A stretch of DNA of 64,000 bases from Faecousia sp. (GTDB taxonomy: Bacteria > Bacillota > Clostridia > Oscillospirales > Oscillospiraceae): contig JBNMHR010000004.1 in the NCBI GenBank assembly GCA_050872865.1, forward strand, positions 19,350-83,349, written 5' to 3'. The translations under genes and the position numbers were made by a program. Under the pieces are notes generated by a model that was not told the origin of the DNA, did no database searches, and saw only the letters and a program-made list of their open reading frames with translations. Numbering within the stretch: position 1 is the first letter of the stretch; each line of letters opens with the position of its first letter. This document shows, piece by piece, positions 1 through 10,700 of the stretch.

Positions 1-712
1 CGAAGTCCACATGGGAGGTGGGGTCGTCGAAGACCATATCCCGGAACAGGCCGGGCTTGGTGGCCTTCAGATGCATGGCGATGACATGGCCACGGCCGGA
101 ATACAGGTCATCGGTGACGGAGGAGCCGTCAGCCACGGCGGCATTGGTCAGGTTGCCGCAGTCGGGATACACCCCAAGCCAGGGGTTATTGATGTGGTTC
201 ACGTAGAACATGCTCTTCCAGACCGTATTCATGAACGGAGTCTCCATGGTCTCAAAGCCCATGGAAATACCCTTGGCGGCAGCCATTTCGGTGGCCTTCG
301 TCAGGTTTTCCAGGAAGTACTCCTTGCTATGCTCCCATTGGTCCTTTTCGTAGTAGGCATCATATCCTGCCAGCTGGATGGTGCGGATGCCCAGGTCATC
401 GGCCAGGTCGATGGCCTTTTCCATGATCTCCATACCCTTCTGTCTGGTCTCGGGGTCCTTGGCGCCAAAGGGGTACTTCCGGTGGCCGGACAGGCACATG
501 CTCCGGAACGGCAGGCCTACCCGGTACATTTCCTGCACCAGTGCCAGCCGCTCCTCCTTGGTCCAGTCCAGCCGGGCCAGCTTCTCGTCCGTCTCATCCA
601 CGCTGAGCTCCACGTAATCGTAGCCGCAGCTTTTGGCGCATTCCAGCTTTTCCCCCAAAGTCATGGTTCCGGGCATGGCCTTTTCATAAAGGCCCAGGGC
701 ATATCTTGCCAT
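1..712 (-). CDS. ulaE: L-ribulose-5-phosphate 3-epimerase (UlaE/SgbU family); 3' end runs off the window
   Basis: Not in the ORF track. My minus-strand translation from ATG 712 (RBS GAGGAGG) is MARYALGLYEKAMPGTMTLGEKLECAKSCGYDYVELSVDETDEKLARLDW, with the family LGxYEKA and ExSVDE motifs. Confidence 0.88.
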   Translation of the reverse strand, partial: MARYALGLYEKAMPGTMTLGEKLECAKSCGYDYVELSVDETDEKLARLDWTKEERLALVQEMYRVGLPFRSMCLSGHRKYPFGAKDPETRQKGMEIMEKAIDLADDLGIRTIQLAGYDAYYEKDQWEHSKEYFLENLTKATEMAAAKGISMGFETMETPFMNTVWKSMFYVNHINNPWLGVYPDCGNLTNAAVADGSSVTDDLYSGRGHVIAMHLKATKPGLFRDMVFDDPTSHVDF

Positions 713-732
713 TGATTCTTCCTCCTCAGATT

Positions 733-805
733 TTATGTTCGTTGTTCGTAAAGAAACACAAATTATTTCTTTGCAAATTGTTATTGCCAGACGGTTATGT
801 TCGTT
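733..805. promoter_or_regulatory. Direct repeats TTATGTTCGTT (733-743, 795-805), candidate DeoR-family operator
   Basis: Two exact 11-bp copies upstream of the ulaE-like gene; they resemble the GlpR/DeoR-type WATGTTCGWT box. Confidence 0.45.
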
Positions 806-1046
806 ACTGTTTCTTACAGGCTCATTATATCCCAGTGTTCCATGTTTTTCAAGAGAAATTCTCCGAAAATGTCTGAATTCTATCTGGTGTATCCGTAGAA
901 TTTCCAAGACAAAAATTGTGCAATTTGTCAAATGATCGTTTTAATAAATAAATGTTCGAAGATTATTTCCTTGCACAAAGCACAAAAATCTGCTATAGTA
1001 TTTCCAAAGAATCCCTGCCCTGCAGGAATAGAAGGAGGGCCTATTT

Positions 1047-1694
1047 ATGGCTATTGTTGCACCGTCGATCCTTTCCGCGGATTTTGCCAACCTCCAGCGG
1101 GAGCTGGAAGACATGGAGGCTGCCGGGATCACATGGGTCCATGTGGACATTATGGACGGCCATTTCGTTCCCAATATCTCCATTGGGATCCCCGTAGTGG
1201 AGAGCATCCGCAAGGTCACGGACCTCACCCTGGATGTACACCTGATGATCACGGAGCCCATCCGTTACGCCGAGCGGTTCTGCAAGGCCGGCGCGGATCT
1301 GGTCACCGTTCACCTGGAAGCGGATACCCCGGAAAAGATCCATGAGACTCTGGCAAAAATCCGGGCCATGGGCGTCAAGGCCGGTATCTCCATAAAGCCC
1401 GGTACCCCAGCAGAAGCTTTGGATCCTTTCTTAAAGGAAGTAGACCTGATCCTCGTGATGACCGTGGAGCCAGGCTTCGGCGGCCAGAAGTTCATGGCGG
1501 ATATGATGCCCAAACTGAAATCTCTCCGGGACCGGCTGCGGCAGGTAAACCCGGAATGCTTCTTGGAAGTGGACGGTGGCATTGATCCTGTCACTGCCCC
1601 CATTGTCAAGGAAAACGGCGCCAATGTGTTGGTATCCGGCTCCGCCTACTTCCGCAGCGACGATAAAAAAGCCTTTATTGCGGCCCTTCAGTAA
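1047..1694 (+). CDS. rpe: Ribulose-phosphate 3-epimerase
   Basis: APSILSADF, HVDIMDGHFVPN, DVHLMI, MTVEPGFGGQKF and EVDGG motifs; RBS GGAGG. Confidence 0.97.
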   Translation: MAIVAPSILSADFANLQRELEDMEAAGITWVHVDIMDGHFVPNISIGIPVVESIRKVTDLTLDVHLMITEPIRYAERFCKAGADLVTVHLEADTPEKIHETLAKIRAMGVKAGISIKPGTPAEALDPFLKEVDLILVMTVEPGFGGQKFMADMMPKLKSLRDRLRQVNPECFLEVDGGIDPVTAPIVKENGANVLVSGSAYFRSDDKKAFIAALQ

Positions 1695-1697
1695 CAT

Positions 1698-1730
1698 AAA
1701 AGCACTGTGCCAAAAACGCACAGTGCTTTT
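1698..1730. terminator. Bidirectional intrinsic terminator between convergent genes
   Basis: AAAAGCACTGTG-loop-CACAGTGCTTTT hairpin with A and T tails. Confidence 0.8.
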
Positions 1731-1735
1731 GTATT

Positions 1736-3388
1736 TTAATTCCAGAAATATACCCTGGTTTCAAATGGCTGCAGATACCCAATTTCCTGCTCCTGGTAAT
1801 TGCACAGGATCAGTTTCCCCCGCTCCAGGTAGAATTCCTTGGGGGCATGATAGGGCTTACGCTTGTTGCTGAAGGAGCAGACCACTAAAATCTTCTGCCG
1901 GTCGTCCTGCATGGAGTACTGGTAGAGCCACTTACTCCCCTTCCTGTACTCCCGGTAGGTCCCCCAGCGAACACAGGAAAGCTTTTTCCGCAAGCCAATG
2001 GCCAGTCGGTAAAAATTTAGGACGGAATTCCGGTCTCCATTTTGGGCCGCCACATTGATTTCCTTATAATTCTCGTTGACTGCAAACCAAGGCGTTCCCG
2101 TTGTGAAGCCTGCGTTTGGACTGGCGTCCCACTGCATCAGGGTCCGGGCGGAATCCCGGGAGCAGCGCCACAGCTTATGGAGCCGCTGCCTTGGCGTCAG
2201 CTTCTGGGCGTAGTGGGTGTAATAATACTTGGTAGCCACATCCTCGTATTCCTCGGCAGAAGATGGGTGCCAGTTTACCATACCGATTTCCTGGCCCTGA
2301 TACACAAAAGGTGTTCCCTTTTGGAACAGGTAGCAGGCTGCCAGCATCTTGCCGCTGGCCTCCCGGTACTCCTCGCTGCCATATCGGGAAATGATCCGGG
2401 GATGGTCGTGGTTTTCCAAAAACAGCATATTCCAGGCCTTCCCATCCAGCTTCTGCTGCCAGGTGCGGAAGGCTTTTTTCAGGCTAGGCAGGGAAAATTT
2501 CCTGGGAAAATAATCCTGGAACCAGCAGTCGGCGCACATGGCGCTGTTCTGGATCATCATGTCGATCTGTTTGTCTGCCCCCTCCCGGATGTATTTGAGG
2601 GCGATCCGGGGGGTGACCATAGGTGCCTCCGCCAGGGTCATGCAGTCGTAATTTTGCAGTACATCATCCCGGAATTCCGACAAATATTCGTGGATATGGG
2701 GGCCATGGTTGTAGAGAAGCAAGCCTTTGTAGACGGGGAACAGATGGTCGTTGGGCAGACCCTCCTTCTTGGAAATGAAGGTGATCACATCCTCCCGGAA
2801 GCCGTCCACGCCCTTTTGGAGCCAGAAGTCCATGATTTTTTTGACCTCCGCCCGGACCAAGGGATTATCCATATTCAGGTCCGGCTGCTTGACGGCAAAC
2901 AGGTGCAGGTAGTATTCCTTCCGGACAGGGTCAAAGGTCCAGGCCTTGCCCTCAAAGTGGGAGTCCCAGTTGTTGGGCATCTTTCCATCCTTGGTGCCGG
3001 GCCGCCAGATATAGTAATCCGTATAGGGCTCGATCCGGCGGCGGGACTTCTGGAACCATTCGTGCTCGTCACTGGTGTGGTTCACCACCAGATCCATAAT
3101 GACCTTCATGCCCCGGTCGTGGGCAGCTTTTAAGCAGGCATCAAAGGCCTCCATGCCGCCAAACATGGGGGCGATGTCCATATAATCGGAAATATCGTAG
3201 CCGCAGTCCGCTCCGGGAGAGGGATACAGGGGCGAAAACCAGATGCCATCGCAGCCCAGGCTTTTGATATAGTCCAGGCGCTTGATGACGCCGTACAGGT
3301 CCCCCATGCCATCCCCGTTGCCGTCTTGGAAGCTCCGGGGCCAGATCTGATAAAATACCGTATCCTTATACCAATCCGTATGAACCAT
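1736..3388 (-). CDS. GH13 alpha-glucosidase / oligo-1,6-glucosidase-like
   Basis: YQIWPRSFQDGNGDGMGDL, DLVVNHTSDEH, QPDLN, GVDGFREDV and ENHD motifs. Confidence 0.92.
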   Translation of the reverse strand: MVHTDWYKDTVFYQIWPRSFQDGNGDGMGDLYGVIKRLDYIKSLGCDGIWFSPLYPSPGADCGYDISDYMDIAPMFGGMEAFDACLKAAHDRGMKVIMDLVVNHTSDEHEWFQKSRRRIEPYTDYYIWRPGTKDGKMPNNWDSHFEGKAWTFDPVRKEYYLHLFAVKQPDLNMDNPLVRAEVKKIMDFWLQKGVDGFREDVITFISKKEGLPNDHLFPVYKGLLLYNHGPHIHEYLSEFRDDVLQNYDCMTLAEAPMVTPRIALKYIREGADKQIDMMIQNSAMCADCWFQDYFPRKFSLPSLKKAFRTWQQKLDGKAWNMLFLENHDHPRIISRYGSEEYREASGKMLAACYLFQKGTPFVYQGQEIGMVNWHPSSAEEYEDVATKYYYTHYAQKLTPRQRLHKLWRCSRDSARTLMQWDASPNAGFTTGTPWFAVNENYKEINVAAQNGDRNSVLNFYRLAIGLRKKLSCVRWGTYREYRKGSKWLYQYSMQDDRQKILVVCSFSNKRKPYHAPKEFYLERGKLILCNYQEQEIGYLQPFETRVYFWN

Positions 3389-3398
3389 AGGCTCCTCC

Positions 3399-4565
3399 TT
3401 ATTTGATGTGCAGCCTTTTCTTCACTTTTTCCATAGACTCCTGCCAGAACAGCCCCAGAATGGCCTTTTTGTATGGGTAGCTGATGCCACGGATATAGTA
3501 GTCCGCATCCCTTTTTCTTTGGGCTCCGGACGCCGGCAGCTTCCGGGACTCCCCCGTCAGCTTATATAGCTTGATTTCTTCTCCGGGGACACCATATAAA
3601 ACATTCCATTCCTGGGGCCGCATTTCCCTTCCGTAGGACCGAATACACTCCGCATTCTCCATCGGGCTGGTGGTCAGAAGGTATTCTTTCCCTTCAAAGT
3701 GCGTCTTAGAACCGTAAAGGTCGATACAAACGTCCTCCTCCAGGCAGCTTTCCAGGTATTTATTCTCCATCCACTGGTCGTAAACGGCCTTGGAAGTATC
3801 CAATTCCGAAAGCCGCAGGCCTCCTGATCTGCCGCCGGACATCAGCGGCACCTGATAGGTATTTTCCCGATGGGAGAAGTTTACCCCGGCATCGGAAAAG
3901 CAGGTAGTCCGGGCTACTCTGGGATAGAGAAAGTACTTATCGTTTTCAATACAGTAGGCAATGTGGTACTTGAGCCAGGAGTGGGCCCCCCAGTCCTTGA
4001 TATGCTCCGGGATGCGGTCGCTTCCGGAAAAGTCGTAGTCCTCATGTTCATAGAACCAGGCCCGGAAATCTGCCCAGCCTTCCTTCAGCCATAGCTGGCC
4101 CCAGGAACAGGCGTAGCGGAAGTACCAGTTGTCAAAGCCGTCCTCCAGAGGTTCAAAGACCTTTTCCGTTAATTGGCTCAGCCGGTGATTGTACAGGGCC
4201 ACCCCAGCAATAGACCCCTTGCCCTTTACAAAACGAAAGCATTCCTGGGCGTATCGGTAAAAATCCGGGGAGACCACCAGATCATCTTCCAGCAGGATGA
4301 TGCCATCGTAATCCTTTGTCAGATCCCCACAGGTCAGAATATGCCGTTTGAGCCCCAGGTTTTTAGGCTGGTAGATCACCCGCTTTTCCCCGAAGGGCCA
4401 ATGAAAGCCGTCGGCATACTCCAAAACGTCCCGGTTGTCTCCCCGGTCAATGCTGATGATGAGCTCCGCCCCCTGGGGGTATTCCGCCTGCAATAAGGAA
4501 GCGGTGATCCGCTTTAAAGATTCCAGCCGGTTGTAGGCCACTACCACAATTGGGATATTTGCCAT
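3399..4565 (-). CDS. GT-A fold (family 2-like) glycosyltransferase
   Basis: IVVVAYNR start, LEDD motif, CSWGQ; start placed at MANIP. Confidence 0.8.
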   Translation of the reverse strand: MANIPIVVVAYNRLESLKRITASLLQAEYPQGAELIISIDRGDNRDVLEYADGFHWPFGEKRVIYQPKNLGLKRHILTCGDLTKDYDGIILLEDDLVVSPDFYRYAQECFRFVKGKGSIAGVALYNHRLSQLTEKVFEPLEDGFDNWYFRYACSWGQLWLKEGWADFRAWFYEHEDYDFSGSDRIPEHIKDWGAHSWLKYHIAYCIENDKYFLYPRVARTTCFSDAGVNFSHRENTYQVPLMSGGRSGGLRLSELDTSKAVYDQWMENKYLESCLEEDVCIDLYGSKTHFEGKEYLLTTSPMENAECIRSYGREMRPQEWNVLYGVPGEEIKLYKLTGESRKLPASGAQRKRDADYYIRGISYPYKKAILGLFWQESMEKVKKRLHIK

Positions 4566-4566
4566 G

Positions 4567-5676
4567 TTACCTCTCCCCTTCCGCAATTTCTACCGCCTGC
4601 AGATATCCCTGGGCCGCCTTTTGGAAGCTGAATTTTTTGCCCATGGCTTCCCTGGACCTTTCGGCGTCCAAGGGGTTTTTCAACAGCCTATCCAGCATTT
4701 CCGCAAAAGCATCTGTATCCTCCGGGTCTGCCAGAAGGCCGTTTTCCCCGGAGGTGATAATATCATAGGCCCCATCGGCATAGATGGAGGCGGCAATGGG
4801 CACCCCGGCACAGGCCGCTTCTACCATGACAAGGCCAAAGCAGTCGGACCGGGAAGGCACCGCCAGAAAGGCGCACTTCCGGTACTCTTCCAGCAGCGCC
4901 TCCCCTTCCCGATAGCCCAGGAACTCCACGCGCTCGGTAAGTCCCAATTCCCGGACCAGGGCTTCAACCTTAGCCTGTTCACCGCCTACGTCGTTGCCCA
5001 CGACCCGGAGACGGCATGGCTCTTTTATTTCTGCCAGGGCCTTCACCAGCAGGTCCAGGCCCTTTTCGCGGGAAATGCGGCCCACAAACAGAACGCGTCC
5101 TGGCTCTGCCTGCCGTCCCAGCTTCAAATATTCTTCCGTCGGTACCGTCAGGTAGCTAAGGGCAATTTTATTTTCCACCGCCCCCCAGGCCAAAAGCTTT
5201 TCTTTTGCCTTGGTGGAGCTGGCCAAAAAAGCAGCAGCGCCGGATATAATCAATTTTCTGGTCAGCTTTTGCATTGTCCCGATGTAGGTCTCCGAACGGA
5301 GGGTCCCATCGGTCAGATTGATATAAGGGATCTGCCGCCGTTTCGCCCAGAGAAAGGCCTGAACGGCGGATAAATTATATTCGGAGCCAACGATGATATC
5401 CGGGTCCAGCTTGTTCAGCGTGCTGCCCAAGCCCTTGGGAATGTGGATGAACCGGGTAGCCGTACCGCCCACTTCCCCGCCCTTGACAGACAGGACCTTA
5501 GCATCCTGGAAGAAGGTATCCTCCAGATCCTCCCGGGTGGTCCAAGCCCGGTCTGCCTCCCGGTGGCCGGTATAGAGCACCTGGAACCGATATTCTTTCT
5601 GGCTCTTTTGCAGATAGGAAAACAGCGCCGTCCGATAGGGAGACGGAATATTGCTGATGATCAGTACCTTTTTCAT
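4567..5676 (-). CDS. Family 4 (GT-B) glycosyltransferase
   Basis: NIPSPYR, FVGRISREKG and PSRSDCFGLVMVEA motifs. Confidence 0.9.
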   Translation of the reverse strand: MKKVLIISNIPSPYRTALFSYLQKSQKEYRFQVLYTGHREADRAWTTREDLEDTFFQDAKVLSVKGGEVGGTATRFIHIPKGLGSTLNKLDPDIIVGSEYNLSAVQAFLWAKRRQIPYINLTDGTLRSETYIGTMQKLTRKLIISGAAAFLASSTKAKEKLLAWGAVENKIALSYLTVPTEEYLKLGRQAEPGRVLFVGRISREKGLDLLVKALAEIKEPCRLRVVGNDVGGEQAKVEALVRELGLTERVEFLGYREGEALLEEYRKCAFLAVPSRSDCFGLVMVEAACAGVPIAASIYADGAYDIITSGENGLLADPEDTDAFAEMLDRLLKNPLDAERSREAMGKKFSFQKAAQGYLQAVEIAEGER

Positions 5677-5680
5677 ATTC

Positions 5681-6859
5681 CTACCCCCTCTTTATGGCCC
5701 GGTCGTAAATTTCCATCAGTGCCTTGTAGTTTCCTTCCGGGGACATGGTCCTGGCATATTCTTCCAGAGTATTGGTTTCCCAGGACGTATCCCGATCTTT
5801 CAAAAAGGCCTCTACCGTGAAGGCGATGGACTGGGGGGACTTTTGGTTGAATTTCATACCGGTATAGCCCTCCCGGACCAGACTGCCGGCATTTCCCAAG
5901 TCCGATACCAATACAGGCGTACCTACACTGAAAGCCTCCGCAATGGTCATGGGAAAACCTTCGTAGCACTGGGTAGGCAAAATAAGGGCCTTACTCGTGG
6001 CCAGCAGCCGCCGGACATTTTCGTTGGGCAGCCGTCCCGCCAGGGTCACATTCCGCATTTTATTCTCCTGGATAAAGGACAGGCACCATTCTTCCAGTGG
6101 GCCGGTGCCGCAGAGTACCAACCTGGGGGCCGTGGAACCCAGCAGGCGCCAGCTTTCCAGCAGTACCCGCAGGCCCTTTAATTCCTCCAGCCGCCCGGCA
6201 AAGATGATCCGGTCCGCCCGGTCCGTCTGGGGCACCAGGCCCTCCGTCTGCTCCACAAAATTGGGCTTGACCGCCACGTTTTCCGGTGGGATGCCCCGGA
6301 GATTCAGGAGCTTCCGGCGGTTGAATTCCGTCAGGCAGATGTAATTGAGCTTTTTGTAGATTCCCCGCATTCTATGATAGCGGGTGGAGATCACGCAGGC
6401 CAATGTCTGGGCTTTGCTTCCCCGATAGCACCGGTGCTTCACAGCACAGTTTAAGCCCTTGGTCAGGCAGTCCTCGCACACCGCTCCGTCCCGGAAAAAG
6501 GTGGCCCCGGGGCACAGGAGCCGGAAATTGTGGATGGTCTGCACTACCGGCACCTTTTGGGCCAGGGCTGCATAGTACACCGCCGGGGAAATGAGCATCA
6601 GGGTATTGTGGACATGGACAACATCAATTTTTTCTTTCTTGATGATCTTTTTGATCTCCCGGGCCGTCCGGGGATTGTAGAGGAAGGCAAATGGCAGCAG
6701 AAGCTTTTGGAATTTGGAAAACCCGTTCAGTTCCGTATTGTCCCTGGTGTATAAAATCACCTTATGGCCGTGGCTTTTTAGGAGCTTTGCCTCGTTCTCC
6801 ACCACGGTATCCTCCCCTCCGGGGAGCTGATAATGGTTGTGCACGATCAGAATATTCAT
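5681..6859 (-). CDS. Family 4 (GT-B) glycosyltransferase
   Basis: Likely start MNILIVHNHYQLPGGED; FAGRLEELKG and YEGFPMTIAEA motifs. Confidence 0.9.
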   Translation of the reverse strand: MNILIVHNHYQLPGGEDTVVENEAKLLKSHGHKVILYTRDNTELNGFSKFQKLLLPFAFLYNPRTAREIKKIIKKEKIDVVHVHNTLMLISPAVYYAALAQKVPVVQTIHNFRLLCPGATFFRDGAVCEDCLTKGLNCAVKHRCYRGSKAQTLACVISTRYHRMRGIYKKLNYICLTEFNRRKLLNLRGIPPENVAVKPNFVEQTEGLVPQTDRADRIIFAGRLEELKGLRVLLESWRLLGSTAPRLVLCGTGPLEEWCLSFIQENKMRNVTLAGRLPNENVRRLLATSKALILPTQCYEGFPMTIAEAFSVGTPVLVSDLGNAGSLVREGYTGMKFNQKSPQSIAFTVEAFLKDRDTSWETNTLEEYARTMSPEGNYKALMEIYDRAIKRG

Positions 6860-6860
6860 A

Positions 6861-7637
6861 TCACTTTCCCCGCAGCTCCGCTTCCCACAAATAGACTGTA
6901 TTGGTGTATAGGTACCGCCCCAGCAGCCGCTTGGGGTCCTGCAGCAGGCGGTAGAACCACTCCAGGTTGTGGTCCTGCATCCATTTTGGGGCCCGGTCGA
7001 TGTTTCCCGCCTCGTAATCAAAGGCGGCACCTACCCCAACCATCAGGCCATGGAGCATCCCTTGATGAGCCTGCATCCATTTTTCCTGCTTGGGCGCTCC
7101 CAGACCCACCCAGACAAAGTCCGGCTGGGCGTCGCAAATCGCCCGGACAGCGGCAGCATCCTCTTCTTCCGACATGGGCCGGAAGGGCGGGCTGTACATC
7201 CCCGCGATCTGGATACCGGGATACCGCTCCGGCAGCACCTCTTTTAGAATGTCCAGCGTCTTTTGGGTACCGCCGTAAAAATAGTGGCGCCAGCCCTTTT
7301 CCCTGCCCGCTTCCAGACAAGCGCGCATGTAGTCCGGCCCTGTCACCCGCCGCATCTGCAGATAACCCCGCTTCCGTCCGGTGGAGGACAAAGGGCCGCC
7401 ATCGGGAATGGCCAGAATGCCGCCGTTCTGCACAGCCAAATAATCAGGGTCTTTATAAGCCGTCACCGTGGTATGGACATTGGACACGCAGATATAGTCC
7501 CCGGACAGCTCCCTCAGGTGCTCTTCCGTAAAGCGCAGGAGCCAAGGCATATCAATGGCCGCCAGCTTTACCCCCATGATCGGGCACACCGGGATCCTTC
7601 CCTTGTCCACCCGATGTTCAAATTTCTCCTGCTCCAA
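6861..7637 (-). CDS. WecB/TagA/CpsF family glycosyltransferase
   Basis: PDGGP, RVTGPD, VGLGAPKQEKW, GVGAAFD, RAPKWMQ and LEWFYRL motifs. Confidence 0.93.
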   Translation of the reverse strand: MEQEKFEHRVDKGRIPVCPIMGVKLAAIDMPWLLRFTEEHLRELSGDYICVSNVHTTVTAYKDPDYLAVQNGGILAIPDGGPLSSTGRKRGYLQMRRVTGPDYMRACLEAGREKGWRHYFYGGTQKTLDILKEVLPERYPGIQIAGMYSPPFRPMSEEEDAAAVRAICDAQPDFVWVGLGAPKQEKWMQAHQGMLHGLMVGVGAAFDYEAGNIDRAPKWMQDHNLEWFYRLLQDPKRLLGRYLYTNTVYLWEAELRGK

Positions 7638-7753
7638 AGCGCATCCTCCGTCTTCCTTATGGTATATTTTGTGTATTATACCATCCTTCCCTGAAAAAAT
7701 CTACATAAGAATCCAAAAAACAGCCGCCGCCCACAAGGGGCAGCGGCTGAACA

Positions 7754-10700
7754 TCAGGCGTCTTGCTTTTCCATATTTTGTTTTGCGGCAGACAGCATCA
7801 GCTTGATGCGGTTCAGCTGATTGACCTCACTGGCACCGGGATCGTAGTCCACGGCGGCGATGTTGGCCTGGGGATAGGCCTTTTTCAGCACCTTGATAAC
7901 ACCCTTGCCCACCACGTGGTTGGGAAGGCAGGCAAAGGGCTGAATGCAGATCACGTTGGGAGTGCCGGAGGTAATGAGCTCCACCATCTCTCCGGCCAGG
8001 AACCAGCCTTCGCCGTACTGGTTGCCCAAAGACAGGAAAGGCTTGGTTGCCTCGGCGATTTTCTCGATCGGCACCGGGGGTTCAAACCGGCGGCTCTTTT
8101 TCAGGGCTTCGATGGCGGGCTGCCGCACCGCCCGGATGGACTTGATTCCCACCTTGGCAAGAACATCCGCACTGATGCCGGCGCCCAGGAATTCATGCCG
8201 GTATTCTCCGCCCAGCAGGCAGTAGTTAAAGAAGTCCAGCATATCCGGCACCACAGCCTCGGCGCCTTCGGCTTCCAGCACCTGGACCAGGTGGTTGTTG
8301 GCCAGGGGCATATACTTGACCAGAATTTCGCCGACAATGCCTACCCGGGGCTTTTTTAGGGTCTCGTCGATGGGGAAATTGTCGAAGGCCTCTACGATGC
8401 CCTTGCAGACCTGGGGATAGCTGAGCTTGCTCTTGGGGTCCGTCAGGGACTCGATGCAGATGTTCTTCCACTTTTCGTGGAGGGCATCGGCAGAGCCCGG
8501 GGTCAGCTCATAGGGCCTTACCCGATACAGGCACCGCATGAACAGGTCCCCGTAGACAATGGCGTGGATGGCATCCACAATAAGGCCGGGAGTAAACTTA
8601 AAGCCCTCGTTCTTCTCCATGCCGTTGGCATTGACGGAGATCACCGGGATCTGGGGATAGCCTGCTTTCTGCAGGGCCCTTCGGATAAAGGCCACATAGT
8701 TGCTGGCCCGGCAGCAACCGCCGGTCTGGGTCATGACCACCGCCAGATAATCCGTATCATACTTTCCGGAGAGTACTGCCTCCATGATCTGGCCCACCAC
8801 GGTAATGGAGGGGAAGCAGGCGTCGTTATTGACGTACTTGAGGCCCACATCGATGGCACTGCGGTCATCGTTGTCCAGTACCACCACGTTGTAGCCGTGT
8901 TTCCGGAACACAGGCTGCAAAATTTCAAAATGAATGGGGCTCATCTGGGGGGCCAGGATGGTGTATCCCTCCAGCTGCATCTGGGCGGTATACTCCTGAC
9001 GCCGGAAGTTCACAGGCTTGGGCTGGGCCTGGATGCTCTCCTCCTTCCGCATCTTCATTGCCGCGATCAGGCTGCGGATCCGGATACGGACAGCGCCCAG
9101 ATTGTTGACTTCGTCGATTTTCAGCAGGGTATAGAGCTTGTTGCTGCCCTCCAGAATTTCCGCCACCTGGTCGGTGGTAACGGCATCCAGGCCGCAGCCG
9201 AAGGAATTGAGCTGCAGCAGCTCCAAGTCATTCCGGTTCCGGACGAACCGGGCAGCGGAATAAAGCCGGGAATGGTACACCCACTGGTCCACGATCCGCA
9301 GGTTCTGGTCTTCCTCAGGGTTGGGCAGGCTATCCTCCGTCAGCACGGTCAGGCCGTAGGAGGCGATGAGCTCCGGGATACCGTGGTTGATCTCCGGGTC
9401 AATGTGGTAGGGCCGTCCGGCCAGCACAATGCCGCTGCCGCCCTTGGCTTCCATTTCCTTCAGGACCCGGGCCCCCTCTTCTACAATATCCCGCTTGGTC
9501 TTCCGCTGCTCCTCCCAGGCCAGGTGGACCGCTTTCTTCACCTCGGAGGCAGGGATGTTCCACTCCTCCTTGCAGACCTTAATGAGGCGGTCTGCGGCGG
9601 TTTTCTCGCTGGTAAAGGCCACGAAGGGACGGATGTAATGGATCTTACCCTCCGTCACCGCCTCCACATTGTTTTTCAGGTTCTCCGGATAGGAGGCCAC
9701 AATGGGGCAGCTGTAGTGGTTTTGGGCATCCTTGTGCTCCTGGTATTCGTAGAACACACAGGGGTGGAAAATGGTGGTTAGCCCCTGGTCAATGAGCCAC
9801 TGGACATGGCCATGGGCCAATTTGGCCGGGTAGCATTCGGATTCCGAGGGAATGGAGTCCATGCCCCGCTCATAGATCTTCCGGTCTGAGAAGGGAGACA
9901 GCACCGCCCGGATCCCCAGGTTCCGGAACAGGGTGGCCCAGAAGGGATAGTTTTCATACATATTCAGCACCCTGGGAATCCCCACGGTGCCTCGGGTGGC
10001 CTCCTCTTCGGTAAGGGGCTCATAGGCAAACATCCGCTTCTGCTTAAAGGCCACCATATTGGGGGCCTTTTCCCCCTTATTGCCGCCGCCGGCACCCTTT
10101 TCGCAGCGGTTGCCGGTAATATGCCGACGGCCGCCGGGGAACACGTTGACGGTAAGCATGCAGTTGTTGGCGCAGCCGCCGCAGCGGACGGTCTTGGTGG
10201 TATAGGTCAGGTTTACAATGTCTTCCAGAGGCATCATAGAAGTGCCCTGGCCCTTGTCGTGGTTCCGGGCGATCAGAGCCGCACCAAAGGCGCCCATCAG
10301 GCCCGCAATGTCCGGGCAGACCACCTCTGCCCCGGCAATGGTCTCAAAGGCCCGCAGCACCGCCTGATTGTGGAAGGTGCCGCCCTGGACCACGATGTGG
10401 CTGCCCAGCTCCTTGGCAGAGCTCAGCTTGATGACCTTAAACAGGGCGTTCTTGATGACGGAATAGGCCAGGCCCGCGGAAATATCAGAGACCTTTGCCC
10501 CCTCCTTCTGGGCCTGCTTCACGTTGGAATTCATAAATACGGTGCAGCGGGTACCCAGGTCCACGGGGTGTTCGGCAAACAGGGCCTCTTTGGCAAAGCC
10601 CTCGGCGGTGTAGCCCAGGGAATTGGCGAAGTTTTCGATAAAGGAGCCGCAGCCGGAGGAGCAGGCCTCGTTCAGCATAATGGTATCCACTGCCCCGTTT

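Noticed and set aside
11-715. 234-aa plus-strand ORF
   Set aside because: Antisense shadow of the ulaE-like gene on the minus strand.
915-990. TTGTGCAA/TTGCACAA-like motifs upstream of rpe and near 60420-60475
   Set aside because: Too degenerate to assign to a regulator.
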